A stretch of DNA of 64,000 bases from Lepidodermella squamata (Eukaryota; Animalia; Gastrotricha). The translations under genes and the position numbers were made by a program. This document shows positions 60,069-64,000 of this stretch, piece after piece (positions within the stretch are counted from its first letter, which is position 1; every line of letters begins with the position of its first letter). The DNA lies in NCBI GenBank assembly GCA_047495785.1, contig JBLDXI010000054.1, forward strand, positions 3,596,001-3,660,000, in the 5' to 3' direction. The notes under the pieces were generated by a model. That model was given only the letters and a program-made list of their open reading frames with translations. It was not told where the DNA came from and ran no database searches.

Positions 60069-61737
60069 TTTTACAAAATATGGATAATTGGTTCTGATCA
60101 ACCATATTACCGACTTGGAGTTTCTTGGACAGCCTGCGGCGCAAGTCGGGCGAAACGCTTAAGCAAATAGTTTCTTACTAAAATCTTGAGGGAAATTGAC
60201 GTTTTAACATGCAGTATTTGCCCGAGAGATTCTTAATAATTCATAGCTTTATAATTACTTCAGCCCATTTTTTTCAAGGGGAAATCTACAGCGGCTAGAG
60301 GTTACCTTCCATCAATTTAACCTCATACTCGAGTTGAAAAAGTGAGACAAATGCTTTTATTCAATTATTTATTCATAGAAGTGATCAATCTGCCATCGCA
60401 ATAATTCTCTACCAACATTTTAATCAACACACAAACGTTGATACATCTCCTGTTCGATGCTCGAGTTCGCCGCAGGGATAGTCAATATGCAGTCATACGT
60501 AATATAGAATTTGTTCTTTACTCGAAAACGAGATAAGAGGAAGCACACTTTTAAATATTATATTATTTTGTCAACAATCGCTTGCAATTGACTTTTTTGA
60601 CCCGCATGAGGTGGAACAGAATTTTGCCAGAGTGTATATATATAAAAGCTATCGTTGTTTTTTTGTTCTTTGGTATTCAGACATTCACACCGAGACTGCC
60701 AGAGGATATTAATAAAATAAATATGTACAGTTCATTTTCCACAGATAATACGCTTTAAAGTGACTGGTTGCAACGCGAGACATAAGTGCAATAATGGCTA
60801 TAATAATGTAAACTTGAAAAAATGTGCCCGATGGTGATGCCAAGATTGAGCATCGAAACGTCGCCACAGCTAACAATAAAAGGAAGGTTAGATGGTCAGC
60901 TGGTCACTTCTTCGCGTTATTGTTCCTTATAAAATCAACAAAAAACCGGCTAACAATTGAAGATATATTGCCGATTTTTTTTACACCAATAATAAAATCC
61001 GTGGAATACTAGATGTCACGCGCAAACCTGGTCACGCACTACCGAGAAGAAATCTGATGCGAACGTAGTACTTTTACCAATTAGATTTCGATATTAGATT
61101 TGGGTGTAAAAACCGACCTTTTACTATCGAAACTCACCTTCGGCGCGAGCAGTCCCAAGTTCGCTAAAACTCACCTGCTAAAACGCATTAGAGTTCATTT
61201 GGCGCATCTAAATGCGCTCGTAATACAGTCTATATGCGCACCACACAAAAACCTAACAAGCTTAATATGAATAATTCGTCTGTGACACAATTCAATGGCG
61301 ACTCGATTTTGGCAGCAACTCGTGACCGGATGCGCGTAAATGAAAACAGGTCGATTTTTGGCTCGATCGCGAATTCCAAGTCACCGCGAAATGGGAGCTT
61401 ACCATATTGCTAGCTACTGAAGCACTGATCGGCATTCGGAATAAACTTTTTCCAAGGTCTCGTTTCGTTTTTAGTCGCACTCGCCCACCCGGCCTCAGCT
61501 GGTCACTGATAAAATATTCGCGATGGTAAGAGCTGCACAATTTCTCAGGGTTGTTCAGAAAATAACAGAAATTTCCGTTAACAAAGCAGAACATATTTGC
61601 CTAATTCTTTCCATCGCCAGCTAAGCATTGCTTCGGAGATTTCGAGGGATTTAAAATACTCCTGAAAATTAAACACGAAAGACTAACAGTTAGCTTGATT
61701 ATTCCGGCATCTCACTAAATTTTTTCGATATCAGGAA

Positions 61738-62572
61738 GCACATTTCCCCTTCCGCCGGTGTTTCCTCCACGCGCGCATTCCTATTGGTTGGTTAATTTTA
61801 CGCGTAACCGCACGTCGCGCGCATTTATTGCGCAACAAATAATTGCAGCTTTCTACTAGTGCGCTGCAAAATCAAAGAAAACCACAAGTTATCTAGCCCG
61901 AATTGAACAAGTCCAGTATATCATGTGAAGCGCGCGCATCGAGAGTACATTTTTCAATTAGTACGAAGTTTAAAAAAATTGCAAATCAAGAAGATATGCG
62001 AAAAACAATGATGCCTTATAATCGACAGGGTGCTCAAAAATATTTCCAAGGAAAATAAAATCGCGCCACCATGGTTCATCATATGCTATTTATGTCGCTT
62101 TTATGAAATCGCAATTTTTCTAAATTTTTAGAGGCGCTTGAGTTTTGATCATACTAAGGAATTTTTACATCCACTTCTAGATAAGCGGCTCCGGTAATGA
62201 GCGGTAACTTTTCAAACGCACAAACTTTCAAGGGCAAAAAACATTTTTCAATCAATTCGATGTAGCGCGAAAATGATCAAATGGTTAGAGTCTCAAGCTA
62301 TATTTTGATGAAATTACCCCAAATTCACCGAAAATAGCTCGTGCCAAGTTAGGTGAAATATAAAATTTGCGCGCGCACTATTTTCTATTTTCTTTTCTAT
62401 TTTTTCTATTTGCTATTTTCTTGAAAGCATTTCGCTGACGCGCAGTCGTCTTTGCTCTCGTCCGTGCGCGCGCGCGCACACGAAGACTGTAATTATCTTA
62501 GTTGTTGCGCAATAAGGCCCAGCCAATAGGAGCGCGCGCGCGGAGGAAACACCGGCGGATGGGGAAATGTGC
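61738..62572. mobile_element. Non-autonomous TIR element with 9-bp target-site duplication (Mutator/MULE-like)
   Basis: ~55-bp imperfect TIRs GCACATTTCCCC.TCCGCCGGTGTTTCCTCC...; TSD TATCAGGAA at 61729-61737 and 62573-62581; G...C termini. Confidence 0.88.
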
Positions 62573-63864
62573 TATCAGGAACAGTATTCATGAGATAAAA
62601 TATCGCAACATCTGCAACGATGCTGACGAAAGCGACCAATGAGAAAAAGACGATGTCAATGAATTCAATGAGGCCTATGTCAAGTTTATCATCGCGTTCC
62701 CGAAATAACATCGAGCACAGAGATACGCGCCGATCCTTGATCTTTTCCGTATCGGCAAGTCTGTTCCCGATCAGAGTAAATATAGTACACACAACAGCAG
62801 TCGCTGATTTGCCCAACAGGAACAGGAAAATGTAAGGCGTATCGGCATAGACAGGCATCTTATCAGTCAGAGAAGTCTGAAGAACCATCACCGAGAGTAG
62901 GACAGTTGTGCAGTAGATCGGACGATCTGGATGGCCGGCGGGCATGATGCCGGCGACTAGGAGAAGAAACGCCAGAAAATAAGCGGGTATGAAGACCGTA
63001 AATATGTAAACTCTATGATTACGCTGATATCTCAAATTGAAAGCTACTCGGTCGTAATATTTTCCATTGCTGCCAATAACCTGTTGGCTACTTGTCCACA
63101 CTCGAATCAGATACCAAAGACCTCCTGGGTCATCGAATTCGGCCCAATTTTTGATACTGAATTTCTCAGCTGTATCCAAGAGTAAGCGCTGAGTCGAATT
63201 AGGATCAGCTGATTGGTAAAGGAAAAAGCATGTTTGCCTGTCGAATGGAAATAATTTCAGCCTAAAAAATGGCAAATATAGTTGGGAATAAACATTGAAA
63301 AAATCATAAAACCTACTCAACAGTGCAATCGGCAGATATGATCGAGTTAATCTCCCACTCGATTTCGTTATTTATTATCTTCACTTCACTATTGTCCGAT
63401 CTATCCAGGAAGAACGATGAGTCTTGAGTAGCATCCAAAGGGTAAAGCTTAGGCAGCCAAAAATTGCTCGCCCTCTCGCGAATTTCTAAATAAGCTGGAA
63501 AGGATTCAGGTTGCACAACTTTCTTCAGACATGGATGGGTCCATCTCAACGTCAAACTTCCTTTTACTGAAAATCCAGTCTCGTCGATACTCCGAAATTG
63601 GGTCAGGTATAAATTGAGGCGGACTTCAAGCGGGTCGGGTGAGCATTTTGTCGCGTTTTGGCAATTTCTGTTCGCTGAAAAAGCGCCAAACGGGATCAGG
63701 GTGATATCATCCAAACTGCAGTCTTTTATTAATTTTGTCTTATACGAAGCGAATTCGGCCGAGTAGCTGTCCCAATTTTCGATCTGTCCCGTTACAAGTC
63801 GCGGCTGCCACGGTCCAATGGCGAAAAACGCTAGAATAATGCATCTACGGTATAACTTACTCAT
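62493..63864 (-). CDS. Divergent Cys-loop channel subunit, copy 6 (C-terminus read into the TIR element)
   Basis: Same structure as the other copies; after M4 the frame runs into the transposon TIR and stops at 62493. Confidence 0.88.
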
Positions 63865-64000
63865 TTTAAAATTGTCCAATGTCCAAACTTGAAATCACGG
63901 TATAATTTTCCCATATAGCGTTTATACAGCTGAGATGCCTAGATGATTTCTTGTAGCGTTGGTGTGTAAACATTCAATTACTTGAGTTGCGGATATAATT

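Overview
Eukaryotic (animal) nuclear DNA from a very compact invertebrate genome, probably spiralian: dense genes, mostly ~45-60 nt GT-AG introns, AATAAA signals. The left half holds mainly conserved genes: MAGI first exon, MCM2, a family-B-like 7TM receptor, fibulin with two alternative C-terminal exon sets, ALDH1L, SLC25A15, NAA80 and SBDS. It also has several oddities: a 404-bp MCM2 copy flanked by a 104-bp direct repeat, a possibly horizontally acquired glycosyltransferase-like gene, two paralogous orphan membrane-protein genes interleaved with ALDH1L, and a spliced non-coding host transcript with five intronic snoRNAs ending ~20 nt before the SBDS start codon. The right half is lineage-specific: three Cys-rich orphan membrane-protein paralogues, a CEACKK P-box nuclear receptor, an orphan class A GPCR, two intronless GABA-B-like receptors, a RING-B-box-coiled-coil-ankyrin gene, and six tandem Cys-loop channel genes that have lost the acetylcholine-binding site, with MITE, LINE and Mutator-like insertions among them. 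Family assignments and rRNA target numbers are from recalled motifs; no searches were run.
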